From assembly GCA_015064205.1 (NCBI GenBank), contig SVSR01000001.1, forward strand, positions 151,382 to 215,381: 64,000 nucleotides of DNA, read 5' to 3'. Made by a program: the position numbers and the translations under genes. Under the pieces are notes generated by a model. The model was not told the DNA's origin. It saw only the letters and a program-made list of their open reading frames with translations, and searched no databases. This stretch comes from Oscillospiraceae bacterium (lineage in GTDB: Bacteria; Bacillota; Clostridia; Oscillospirales; CAG-272). This document shows positions 1 through 9,469 of the stretch, in pieces (position 1 is the stretch's first letter; each line of letters opens with the position of its first letter).

Positions 1-1
1 T

Positions 2-151
2 GCCGGAAGACTTTATAATTATAATAAAGAAGATCTTACGGAGATTGTAAAGCAGGGACTTGAAAAGGGAACAGATTTCTACTATACAAAGCCAAATCCC
101 CTTGGTGATATGTATAAGCTTTGCTTGCCCGATAGTGAATATATGCTTTGA
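2..151 (+). CDS. 3' fragment of an upstream paralog (copy 1) of the 526-aa beta-helix-like protein
   Basis: Frame from position 2 reads AGRLYNYNKEDLTEIVKQGLEKGTDFYYTKPNPLGDMYKLCLPDSEYML*, identical to the C-terminus of 2071..3651. Truncated by the window edge. Confidence 0.92.
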   Translation, partial: AGRLYNYNKEDLTEIVKQGLEKGTDFYYTKPNPLGDMYKLCLPDSEYML

Positions 152-163
152 TATGAATATAAG

Positions 164-200
164 ACTGCAGGTACATTAAAGTGCCTGCAGTTATTTATTT
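164..200 (+). terminator. Intrinsic terminator after copy 1
   Basis: Hairpin ACTGCAGGTAC/GTGCCTGCAGT followed by a T-rich tract. Confidence 0.65.
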
Positions 201-323
201 TGTTATGTATCCAAATCCGAAGAAAAAACATCTTTTTCATGTGAAAAGTGTCCGTTTTTCTATTGTTATTTATTCTTTTGTATGATAATATGAAGGTACA
301 ATAACTGTAAAGGAGACGACTTT

Positions 324-1904
324 ATGGAAAAGAATCAGATAATTTATGAGCTTGCAAGCGATGAGCTTGTAAAAAAGTATCTTGATGAGTCTCAGGCACT
401 TGCAAAAGAGATAATCAACTCCAAAACAAATGTCGAAATCAAGGGAACAAAGTACTACGTATCTTCGAGCGAGGGTGACGATAATAATGATGGTCTTAGC
501 CCTGCTACTGCATGGAAGAGTATAGATAAATTAAATAACACCAAATTCGCTTGCGGTGACGGTGTGTTCTTTAAGAGAGGCGATGAGTGGAGGTATAAGG
601 ATGCGCTTAACGCACAGAGCGGTGTAACCTATTCAGCGTACGGTGAGGGTAAAAAGCCGACACTTAACGGCTCCGTTGACGCCTCAAGTCCGGATGACTG
701 GGAAAAGACGGAGTATGAAAATGTATGGCATTATACGAAAAAAACAGGCGGTTTTACGTACAATGTAGGCTGTATCGTATTTGACGGCGGACGCGCGTGG
801 GGTGTGCTTGTAACACCTACAAGAAACGGACTTACCATAGACCGCGGATGTGTATTCAACGGACTTGAATATTACGAAAATCCTGTGGAAGAATTCAAAG
901 GCCCTGCATCTTTAAAGTGTAACCTCGAATTCCATCACAGTATTGATAATGAAGACCCTACTGTTGACGACCTCTGGCTTTACTGCAAAGACGGCAACCC
1001 CGGTGAAGTATTCAAGACCATCGACCTTGTAGATCGCGGTATAGCGCTGTATCTTAATCCCGACAAGGAAACAAACTGGGCAAGCGACATAGTTGTTGAT
1101 AATATTGATTTCTATGGTGCGTGCTTTGGTGTCGGCGCGGCAAACGTCAGAAATTCGGTAGTACAGTACTGTACGTTCCGCTGGATAGGCGGTCCCGTTC
1201 AGGGCGTATATTTTTTTGGGGGAGATTCGTGGGTGCGTTACGGTAATGCTATCGAATCTTTCGGCTATAGTGACGGATTCATTATGAGATATAACTACGG
1301 AACTCACGTATACGACTGCTGTTGGACAGTTCAGCATTCGGGCGCAGTTTCGTTTAATGATGTTCAGATATATAAAAATGTTGCGGATTTCTCAAATACC
1401 GGTCCTGAAGTGTGGATAGGGGATGGCGGACACATTACAAATCTTCAGATACACGATAACTACAACCGTTTTATCGGTTACGGCTGGTCGCATCAGCGTC
1501 CGAGTGTGCCAAGCCTTAATGATAAAAAAGCAGATGGCTGGATAGGCGCGGGCGGTACTTTCTACGGTGCGTATGTAACTCACGAATCTGAAGGCTCCAA
1601 GTTTGAAAACAATGACGTTTATAACAATATAAATCTTTTTGCGGGCTGGGGGCTCAGTGAAGCGAAATTCGTTCATCCCGATACGTATAATTTCCACGAC
1701 AATATATGTGTTATGGAAGAGGGTAAGATGTTCGGATTATGGGATCTGCCTCCTGCCGGAAGACTTTATAAGTATGATAAGGCAGACCTTACCGAGCTTG
1801 TGGAAAACGGTATTGAAAAGGGAACAGACTTCTATTATACAAAGCCTGAGCCTTTTGGGGACATGTATAAGCTTTGTCTTCCCGATTCGGAATATATGCT
1901 TTAA
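324..1904 (+). CDS. Pectin-lyase-fold / right-handed parallel beta-helix-like protein (copy 2)
   Basis: N-terminal YYVSSSEGDDNNDGLSPATAWKSI...GDGVFFKRG motif typical of beta-helix enzymes. N/G-rich beta-strand repeats, AAGGAG RBS, no signal peptide seen. Confidence 0.7.
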   Translation: MEKNQIIYELASDELVKKYLDESQALAKEIINSKTNVEIKGTKYYVSSSEGDDNNDGLSPATAWKSIDKLNNTKFACGDGVFFKRGDEWRYKDALNAQSGVTYSAYGEGKKPTLNGSVDASSPDDWEKTEYENVWHYTKKTGGFTYNVGCIVFDGGRAWGVLVTPTRNGLTIDRGCVFNGLEYYENPVEEFKGPASLKCNLEFHHSIDNEDPTVDDLWLYCKDGNPGEVFKTIDLVDRGIALYLNPDKETNWASDIVVDNIDFYGACFGVGAANVRNSVVQYCTFRWIGGPVQGVYFFGGDSWVRYGNAIESFGYSDGFIMRYNYGTHVYDCCWTVQHSGAVSFNDVQIYKNVADFSNTGPEVWIGDGGHITNLQIHDNYNRFIGYGWSHQRPSVPSLNDKKADGWIGAGGTFYGAYVTHESEGSKFENNDVYNNINLFAGWGLSEAKFVHPDTYNFHDNICVMEEGKMFGLWDLPPAGRLYKYDKADLTELVENGIEKGTDFYYTKPEPFGDMYKLCLPDSEYML

Positions 1905-1914
1905 TATTTTTCAT

Positions 1915-1947
1915 AAACACGCAGACGTAACGATCTGCGTGTTTTTA
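1915..1947 (+). terminator. Intrinsic terminator after copy 2
   Basis: AAACACGCAGA/TCTGCGTGTTT hairpin plus T run. Confidence 0.75.
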
Positions 1948-2070
1948 TGTGCTTGTCCAAACTCGAAGAAAAAATAGCCGTATTTTAAGAAAAGTAGCCA
2001 AAAGCCTATTGCTATTTGTTTTTTTATATGGTAATATGAAGGTACAATAACTGTAAAGGAGGCGACTTTT

Positions 2071-3651
2071 ATGGGAAAGAAGCCGATAATTTATGAGCTT
2101 GCAAGCGATGAGCTTGTAAAAAAGTATCTTGATGAATCTCAGGCACTTGCTAAAGAGATAATAAATTCTGAGTCAAATGTTGAGATAAAGGGTACAAAAT
2201 ACTACGTATCTTCAAGCGAGGGTGATGACAATAATGACGGTCTTACCCCTGCTACAGCGTGGAAGAGCATTGACAAATTAAATAAGACTAAATTTGCGTA
2301 TGGAGACGGAGTTCTCTTCAAACGCGGAGATGAGTGGAGATATAAAGATGCGCTCAACGGTCAGAGCGGTGTTACCTATACTGCGTACGGAGAAGGTAAA
2401 AAGCCGAGACTTAACGGCTCAGTTGACGCGTCAAGTCCCGATGACTGGGAAAAGACAGAGTTTGAGAATGTGTGGCATTATACCAAGAAGACGGGCGGTT
2501 TTACATACAACGTAGGCTGTATCGTGTTTGACGGCGGCCGTGCCTGGGGTGTTCTTGTAACTCCTGTAAAAAGCGGTGAAACTATCGACCGCGGTGTGGT
2601 ATTCAACGGACTTGAATACTATGAAAATCCTGTTGAAATGTTCAAAGGTCCTGCATCGCTCAAGTGCAACCTTGAATTCCATCACAGTATCGCTAACGAA
2701 GACCCGACTGTTGACGACCTCTGGCTTTACTGCAAGGACGGTAATCCCGGTGAAGTCTTTGACACTATTGACCTTGTAGACCGTGGAACAACAATGTGGC
2801 TTGAGGCTGATCCCGAAACAAAATGGGCGCACGATATAGTTGTTGACAATATTGATTTTTACGGAGCATGCTTCGGCGTTGCCTGTGGAAATGTAAAGAA
2901 TACGGTAGTTCAGAACTGCACGTTCAGATGGATAGGCGGTCCAGTTCAGGGTGTATGGATGTTTGGCGGCGATACGTGGGTACGCTACGGTAACGCTATC
3001 GAATGCTTCGGCCGCTGCGACGGATTTATTATGAGATACAATTACGCAACTCACGTGTACGACTGTTGCTGGACTGCACAGCATACGGGCAAGGTTTCCT
3101 TTAACGACGTACAGATTTACAAAAATGTTGCTGATTTCTCAAATACCGGTCCTGAAGTGTGGATAGGAGACGGCGGACATATAACGAATCTTCAGATACA
3201 CGATAACTACAATCGCTTCATGGGCTACGGCTGGTCGCATCAACGCCCTGCATATCCGAATTATTTAAGCAAGAAGGAAAGCGGCTGGATAGGCGCCGGC
3301 GGTATCTTCTACGGTGCATATGTAACTCATGAATCTGAAGGCTCAAAGTTTGAAAACAATGATGTTTACCACAATGTAAATCTTTTTGCAGGCTCAGGAT
3401 TAAGTGAAGCAAGATTTATACATCCCAAGACATATAACTTCCATGACAATATATGTATCCTTGAAGAAGGAAAACGCTTTGGAAGATGGTTGCCCGCCCC
3501 TGCCGGAAGACTTTATAATTATAATAAAGAAGATCTTACGGAGATTGTAAAGCAGGGACTTGAAAAGGGAACAGATTTCTACTATACAAAGCCCAATCCC
3601 CTTGGCGATATGTATAAGCTTTGTTTGCCCGATAGTGAATATATGCTTTGA
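2071..3651 (+). CDS. Pectin-lyase-fold / right-handed parallel beta-helix-like protein (copy 3)
   Basis: Colinear 526-aa paralog of 324..1904 (about 78 aa differences by hand count, ~85% identity). AAGGAGG RBS. Confidence 0.7.
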   Translation: MGKKPIIYELASDELVKKYLDESQALAKEIINSESNVEIKGTKYYVSSSEGDDNNDGLTPATAWKSIDKLNKTKFAYGDGVLFKRGDEWRYKDALNGQSGVTYTAYGEGKKPRLNGSVDASSPDDWEKTEFENVWHYTKKTGGFTYNVGCIVFDGGRAWGVLVTPVKSGETIDRGVVFNGLEYYENPVEMFKGPASLKCNLEFHHSIANEDPTVDDLWLYCKDGNPGEVFDTIDLVDRGTTMWLEADPETKWAHDIVVDNIDFYGACFGVACGNVKNTVVQNCTFRWIGGPVQGVWMFGGDTWVRYGNAIECFGRCDGFIMRYNYATHVYDCCWTAQHTGKVSFNDVQIYKNVADFSNTGPEVWIGDGGHITNLQIHDNYNRFMGYGWSHQRPAYPNYLSKKESGWIGAGGIFYGAYVTHESEGSKFENNDVYHNVNLFAGSGLSEARFIHPKTYNFHDNICILEEGKRFGRWLPAPAGRLYNYNKEDLTEIVKQGLEKGTDFYYTKPNPLGDMYKLCLPDSEYML

Positions 3652-3663
3652 TTTGAGTGTTCT

Positions 3664-3699
3664 AAAAACACGCAGGAGTAACATTCTGCGTGTTTTTTT
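3664..3699 (+). terminator. Intrinsic terminator after copy 3
   Basis: AAAAACACGCAGGA/TTCTGCGTGTTTTT hairpin plus T run. Confidence 0.75.
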
Positions 3700-3846
3700 G
3701 TCTATTAGAAACAAAATGCTAAAAATGTTTTTGTAGATACTGACAGATGCATTCCCCCTTGAAAACAAAGGATAAATATGGTATAATACTATTGTATAGA
3801 TATGCATGGTATTTATATTATCCAAATTTGATCCGGGAGGAAAAAC

Positions 3847-6144
3847 ATGAAAAGAATTTTATCAACATTACTTGCTGTTTTGATGATAGCATCATCATTA
3901 ACAGTATTTACATCCGTGGGTGCTCTGAGTACTGCACCTGAGTATAGCGAAGCTTTTAATGCTATAGTTGTAGCGTCGGGCGCGACAATCGACAGTGCGG
4001 CAAAGATTACTGCACTTGCAGACCAGAATAAGGTTGACACTCTTTTAGTTATTGCAGAGGGAAAGACAAGCCTTTCTTTAAAATTATCGGGCAAGGCTGC
4101 GGCTGCACTTGGCGCAAAGGGGATGAACGTAAAGGCAACACTTGTTGGCGGAAGCCTTGTACTTAATTCAAATTGCTTGAAGGAAATAGGAAGCAAGGCA
4201 AGCGTTGATTTTGAGCTTCTTATTGATGCTGCAGACGGCTTTAAAGTATCTTACAAATGCGACGGCGCTCCGATGGTATTTGAAAGCGTACCGATGGCTT
4301 ACGGTATATCAAGCGATCCGGTATACAACATTGTCAGCTCTGACAAGGGCAATATAGGCTTTTCGTATATTGAAGCACTTACATGGGGATATGCGGTTAA
4401 GGAGGATCTCACAGCTAAGCTTGCAACTGCTCCTGTTCCTGAATTTACGGATGTAAGCGCTGATTTCTGGGGACGTGCGAATATTGAATATGCAACTTCA
4501 AAGGGTTACTTCAACGGAACGGGTAACGGAACATTTACACCTAACGGCGAAATGACCAGAGGCATGGTAGTTACCGTTCTTTCACGTATAGACAGCGCTC
4601 CTGACAAGGAGATTACATATACATACACAGACGTAAACAAGAGCGCATGGTTTGCAAAGGGTGTAAACTGGGCATATGAAAATGATATCGTAGACGGCGG
4701 AGATAAGTTCAGACCCGACGACTCGATAACAAGACTTGAACTTATGGATATGCTTTACAGATATGCGCTTAAAATGGGTATTGCAGGCGATCTTGAAGGT
4801 AAGTATCTCAACTTCATGGATGCAGATATGATAACCGACGAGGGCGATAAAAAGGCGGCACTTTACTGCACGAGCACCGGTATCGTTACAGGCTACGGTT
4901 CGGGCGTAACAGTAAGACTCAGACCTGAGCGTGGTGCAACCAGAACTGAAGTTGCAACTATGATACAGAGATTCATGAAAAACGCAGTGCTTGGAGGCAC
5001 AGTTATGGGTACAAGCGGAAAGTATGCTGACTTTATTACAGTCAGAAGCGATCTTAACAATCTTTACAACAAGATGAAGGAAAACTCGGCGGTAAGAGTA
5101 ACGTATCTCGGCGGTTCTGTAACCGTTGGCGCAGGCTCTACAAATGCTGAGCTGAATTCGTGGAGAGGCATTACTTATCAGTGGCTTCTTGATGCTTCAC
5201 CCAAAGCAGCGGTTATACAGAATAATGTGGCTATGGGAGGCACAGGCTCACACCTTGGCGCTTTCAGAACACAGGTGGACGTAGTTGACCAAAAGCCTGA
5301 TCTGTTATTCATCGAATTTGCGGTTAACGATTCTTATTGCGGCACACATTCTGCAGGAAATGCCACACTTTACTATGAGCAGATAGTAAGACAGGTAAGA
5401 GAAGCGCTTCCCGAGTGCGAAATAATTGCAATCTACGTTACAGATACTTATGCATCGTCACTTGCAGACGCGGCACTTGGCAGTGTAGCTAAGGCACATG
5501 AGGTTGTATGTGAAAAGTACGGTATCACATCTATCAACGTTGGCGGAGCACTCTGGCGTGAAATAAGAGAGACGGGCAAACAGTGGGGAGACTATGTTTC
5601 AGATGTAGTACATCCCGAAGATGCAGGTTACAGAATTTATGCAGACTGTATCATTGAATACTTAGAAGAATATCTTACAGGAGCGCCTACGTATACATAC
5701 TCCAATACAGAGGCTTACGGACTTCCTGCAGATTATGCAGACAAGAGAAATGAGACTATGAAGCTTGAGGTTATACAGTTAACAGATGAGTCTGTATTTG
5801 ATAGCATTAAGGGCTTTGAGTTTAGCGATGGCATATCTACGTCAACAAAGCTTGAAGGTACGATATATCCGGTTGAAGCGGACAACGAGTTTACTATAAC
5901 CTTTGAGGGAACAGGACTTGACTTCTTTGGCTCTGTAAGTGCGGAATACACTTTTGAGTATTCTATCGACGGCGGTGAATTCAAGGAAAAGAAGATGCTT
6001 AAGCATGATGCACCGTTTGCTTTTATAGACGGACTTGAGCCCGGAAAGCATACATTTACTTTCAGAAATAAGGGTAAAACCGGTAATGGTGACGTAAATT
6101 CCGGCATGACACTCAAAGCAATATTTGTTCATGGCCTGAAGTAA
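3847..6144 (+). CDS. Secreted protein with three SLH domains and an SGNH/GDSL hydrolase domain
   Basis: Signal peptide. SLH repeats (FTDV...W...TRG; YTDV...WF...TRLE; ...GIVTG...TRTEVA). SGNH blocks LGGSVT, GGTGS, EFAVND, DVVHP. Confidence 0.85.
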   Translation: MKRILSTLLAVLMIASSLTVFTSVGALSTAPEYSEAFNAIVVASGATIDSAAKITALADQNKVDTLLVIAEGKTSLSLKLSGKAAAALGAKGMNVKATLVGGSLVLNSNCLKEIGSKASVDFELLIDAADGFKVSYKCDGAPMVFESVPMAYGISSDPVYNIVSSDKGNIGFSYIEALTWGYAVKEDLTAKLATAPVPEFTDVSADFWGRANIEYATSKGYFNGTGNGTFTPNGEMTRGMVVTVLSRIDSAPDKEITYTYTDVNKSAWFAKGVNWAYENDIVDGGDKFRPDDSITRLELMDMLYRYALKMGIAGDLEGKYLNFMDADMITDEGDKKAALYCTSTGIVTGYGSGVTVRLRPERGATRTEVATMIQRFMKNAVLGGTVMGTSGKYADFITVRSDLNNLYNKMKENSAVRVTYLGGSVTVGAGSTNAELNSWRGITYQWLLDASPKAAVIQNNVAMGGTGSHLGAFRTQVDVVDQKPDLLFIEFAVNDSYCGTHSAGNATLYYEQIVRQVREALPECEIIAIYVTDTYASSLADAALGSVAKAHEVVCEKYGITSINVGGALWREIRETGKQWGDYVSDVVHPEDAGYRIYADCIIEYLEEYLTGAPTYTYSNTEAYGLPADYADKRNETMKLEVIQLTDESVFDSIKGFEFSDGISTSTKLEGTIYPVEADNEFTITFEGTGLDFFGSVSAEYTFEYSIDGGEFKEKKMLKHDAPFAFIDGLEPGKHTFTFRNKGKTGNGDVNSGMTLKAIFVHGLK

Positions 6145-6158
6145 TGTTCAGACTATAT

Positions 6159-6196
6159 AACAGGCGCACATAAGTGCGCCTGTTTGTTTATTTTTT
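6159..6196 (+). terminator. Intrinsic terminator
   Basis: AACAGGCGCAC/GTGCGCCTGTT hairpin plus T-rich tail. Confidence 0.75.
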
Positions 6197-6324
6197 ACAA
6201 TGTATATTGAATTTTTTCGTAAACTTTCACATGTAAAATATGGTTGAATAAATTCTATGTTTATGATATAATATATCTACATTTCGCAATATCGAAAATA
6301 TAAAATATATTAGGAGAAATAACT

Positions 6325-7758
6325 ATGAAAAAAGTATTGGCATTATTCCTTGCAGTGCTTTTTGTTATGGCGCCCTTGGCTGTATCCGCAGAAAGCGTAT
6401 ACGGCGACGTAGATGAAAACGGCGCTGTAAATTCTGTTGACGTTATAAAGCTTGCAAGACATCTCGCAGGATGGGGAGGTTATGAAAGTGTTAATGAAAC
6501 TTTCGCCGATGTAAACGGTGACAGTGCGCTCACACCTTTAGACAACATTGTTCTTTCGAGACACTGGGCAGGCTGGAGCGCTTATGGAATACTTCCTTTT
6601 ACAGGAGAAATTGTACAGAAAGAAATCATTGATGAAAATATCACAGTAAGAAGTGATCTGAGCAACGTTTATAACAAGCTTACTTCAGACGAAGAAGTTG
6701 TTGTAACATATCTCGGCGGTTCTGTAACGTACGGTTTCGGAACAAACACACCCGAACAGACATCTTGGAGAGCACTTACATACAAGTGGCTTACAGATAA
6801 CTTCCCGGATGCAAACCTCAAGCAGAACAACGTAGCTATCGGAGGTACAGGCTCGCACCTCGGTGCTTTCAGAACACAGCTTGACGTTATTGATAAGAAC
6901 ACAGACCTTCTTTTCGTTGAATTCTGTGTAAACGACAGCTATTGCGGTACTGCCAAGGCAGGCCTTGCAACTCTCTTCTACGAGCAGATAATCCGTCAGG
7001 TAAGAGAAGAGCTTCCCGACTGCCAGGTAATCGCAGTATTTACAAGAGATATTTACAGTGTTGCTACTCACGGCAAGACCTCTATCGCCAGAATGCACGA
7101 TGCAGTATGCGAAAGATACGGTATAACATCCATTGACGTTGGACATGAGCTTTCTCAGGCGTTGAATTACAGCAGCGCTGACTGGGATCTGTATTTTGAT
7201 AACGATGACGTTGTGCATCCTGCTGACGGTGGATACAAGGTATATGCAGACCTTATCATCAAGTATCTTGACAAGTACCTTGCAGATGATGATGTTGTTG
7301 CAGAATACACAAGCGAAATTGTAGAATACGCAATGCCTGAAGGTTACTCAGATGCCAGAAATGCAACTACAAAGCTTGAAACAGTACAGCTTGATTCAAC
7401 AAGCGTACTTTACAGCTCAAAGGGAATTGGCGTAAATTCTACCGCTAAGTATCAGGCGTCTAATCTTACCGGTTATATTTATCCGACTGCGGCTGATAAT
7501 GAAGTAGTATTCAAGTTTACGGGAACTGCAGTTGATATACTTGCAAGTTCACAGTATATTGAGTATTCAATCGACGGCGGCAAGCCTGTTACAAAGAAGT
7601 TCAATGCAGACGTTGACCCGAACCCGCCGTTCTATCTTGTTGACGGTCTTGAACCTACAGAACACACTCTTAAGATCAAGTTCTTAGGTTCAAACGGAAC
7701 AGGCGACGTATCGAGCAGTAATATGATCAGAGCATTCTTTGTAAGAGGAATTAAGTAA
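6325..7758 (+). CDS. Secreted dockerin-domain SGNH/GDSL hydrolase
   Basis: Signal peptide. Duplicated Ca-loop YGDVDENGAVNSVD / ADVNGDSALTPLD (dockerin-like). SGNH blocks LGGSVT, EFCVND, DVVHP. Confidence 0.82.
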   Translation: MKKVLALFLAVLFVMAPLAVSAESVYGDVDENGAVNSVDVIKLARHLAGWGGYESVNETFADVNGDSALTPLDNIVLSRHWAGWSAYGILPFTGEIVQKEIIDENITVRSDLSNVYNKLTSDEEVVVTYLGGSVTYGFGTNTPEQTSWRALTYKWLTDNFPDANLKQNNVAIGGTGSHLGAFRTQLDVIDKNTDLLFVEFCVNDSYCGTAKAGLATLFYEQIIRQVREELPDCQVIAVFTRDIYSVATHGKTSIARMHDAVCERYGITSIDVGHELSQALNYSSADWDLYFDNDDVVHPADGGYKVYADLIIKYLDKYLADDDVVAEYTSEIVEYAMPEGYSDARNATTKLETVQLDSTSVLYSSKGIGVNSTAKYQASNLTGYIYPTAADNEVVFKFTGTAVDILASSQYIEYSIDGGKPVTKKFNADVDPNPPFYLVDGLEPTEHTLKIKFLGSNGTGDVSSSNMIRAFFVRGIK

Positions 7759-7770
7759 TAACTTATCACT

Positions 7771-7798
7771 AAAAGGCACTCCGAAAGGAGTGCCTTTT
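7771..7798 (+). terminator. Intrinsic terminator
   Basis: AAAAGGCACTCC-GAAA-GGAGTGCCTTTT perfect hairpin. Confidence 0.8.
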
Positions 7799-7799
7799 G

Positions 7800-7829
7800 T
7801 CATAGCCTTGATCATTTACTCATAAAGAT
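7800..7829 (+). promoter_or_regulatory. Putative sigma-E-type sporulation promoter for the spoVB-like gene
   Basis: TCATA-N16-CATAAAGAT resembles the SigE consensus. spoVB is SigE-controlled in Bacillus. Confidence 0.45.
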
Positions 7830-7856
7830 TAAGTAAAGGATTAAGGGTGTGGTAAA

Positions 7857-9401
7857 ATGAAAACAAGTGCAAGAGAGATATTCACGGGCGGAATAATACT
7901 GAGTTTGACGGCGCTTATTATGAGAAGCGTATCGGTTGCGTTCAATGTTTACGTATCGGGTAAGATCGGTGCGGCGGGAATGGGACTTCTTACGCTGATA
8001 ATGAGCGTGTATTCCTTAGCAGTGACTTTTGCCGTATCGGGTATTTCCCTTGCCAGTACAAGATTGACCGCAGAAGCGATCGGCTCAGGAAGAAAAGAGG
8101 ACGTGCGATCGGCTATGAGACGCTGCCTTATATATTCGTTTATTTTCGGCAGCGCTACGTTTATCGCTTTGTTTTTTGCGTCAGACTTTATCGCTGCATG
8201 CTGGCTTGACGATATGCGATGCAGCCGACCTATAAAGCTTTTTGCAATAAGTATGCCGTTTATATCGATGTCGTCTGCTATGCAAGGGTATTTTACGGCA
8301 TTAAGGAGAGTTAACAAAAGTGCGTCAGCGCAGTTCTTTGAGCAACTTATAAGGATTTTCGCAACAACGACTCTGCTTACTTTGATAGCGCCCAAAGGTA
8401 TTGAATACGCGTGTATTGCCGTCATATGCGGCGGCACGGTTTCGGAAATAATGTCATTTATTTATACCTTTGTTATGTATAAATACGATTTGTCGAAAAA
8501 CTTCAGAAAGGTAAGTGGGGTATCTGCAGGACTTACAAAAAAGATGTGCCGTATAGCAATGCCGGTTGCCTTTTCAGCTTATATTCGTACCGGACTTGTG
8601 ACTCTTGAGCATATGCTAATACCTTACGGACTGAAAAAATACGGGGCAACGTCTGATAGAAGCCTTGAAACATACGGTGTTCTGCAGGGAATGGTACTTC
8701 CGATAATACTGTTTCCGACAGCGTTTCTCTCTTCGTTCAATCTTTTGCTCGTCCCGGAGCTTGCCGCGGCGTCGGCAAAAGGTGAGAAGCGGCATATAAA
8801 CTATATCGGCGAGCGATTTTTGCGCTTTACTATGATGTTTGCCGTTGGGGTTGCAGGTATTATGATGTGTTTTTCGCATGAGATAGGATACGTCATATAT
8901 AAAAACCATGAGGCCTGCGATTTTATTAAAACGGTAGCGCCTCTTATACCTATAATGTATCTTGACAGCGCTGTGGATACCATGCTTAAAGGACTTGACG
9001 AGCAGCTGTTTAACATGAGGATCAACATTATCGACGCCGCAGTAAGCGCCGCGCTCGTTTACTTTCTATGTCCCAAAATCGGTATAATGGGATATATTAT
9101 CACGATATTTGCAAGCGAGATATTTAATCTCTCATGCAGCATGGTCAGGCTTATGAACGTGACGGGATTAAATATCAGGGTAATGTCGTTTGTTATAAAA
9201 CCTCTTGCATGCGTTTTTGCATCGTGTACTTTTGTAAAGTTCATGCTTGACGCGGCGCGTGCCATTGCTTGTTCATATCTGTCTTTGTTTGTACACCTCT
9301 TTCTTGCTCTTTTGTTCTACGTTTTGTTCCTTTTGCTTACATATACTCTTGACAGCGACGACAGAGCATTCATAAAACGGCTTTTTAAATCGGGAAAATA
9401 A
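7857..9401 (+). CDS. SpoVB-like MOP-superfamily flippase (stage V sporulation protein B family)
   Basis: About 14 hydrophobic segments. Motifs IGAAGMGL, QFFEQLIRI and GMVLPIILFP...LVPELA are typical of the SpoVB/MurJ-like family. Confidence 0.75.
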   Translation: MKTSAREIFTGGIILSLTALIMRSVSVAFNVYVSGKIGAAGMGLLTLIMSVYSLAVTFAVSGISLASTRLTAEAIGSGRKEDVRSAMRRCLIYSFIFGSATFIALFFASDFIAACWLDDMRCSRPIKLFAISMPFISMSSAMQGYFTALRRVNKSASAQFFEQLIRIFATTTLLTLIAPKGIEYACIAVICGGTVSEIMSFIYTFVMYKYDLSKNFRKVSGVSAGLTKKMCRIAMPVAFSAYIRTGLVTLEHMLIPYGLKKYGATSDRSLETYGVLQGMVLPIILFPTAFLSSFNLLLVPELAAASAKGEKRHINYIGERFLRFTMMFAVGVAGIMMCFSHEIGYVIYKNHEACDFIKTVAPLIPIMYLDSAVDTMLKGLDEQLFNMRINIIDAAVSAALVYFLCPKIGIMGYIITIFASEIFNLSCSMVRLMNVTGLNIRVMSFVIKPLACVFASCTFVKFMLDAARAIACSYLSLFVHLFLALLFYVLFLLLTYTLDSDDRAFIKRLFKSGK

Positions 9402-9469
9402 AGAAAACTGTTTACAAAGATTATCTTTGGATATATAATATTAAAAGATAGTATCGGAGGTTTAATTAT

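Noticed and set aside
2-3651. Diversity-generating retroelement or CRISPR explanation for the repeats
   Set aside because: The repeats are whole genes. Differences are not adenine-restricted. No reverse transcriptase, cas gene or repeat-spacer pattern is in the window.
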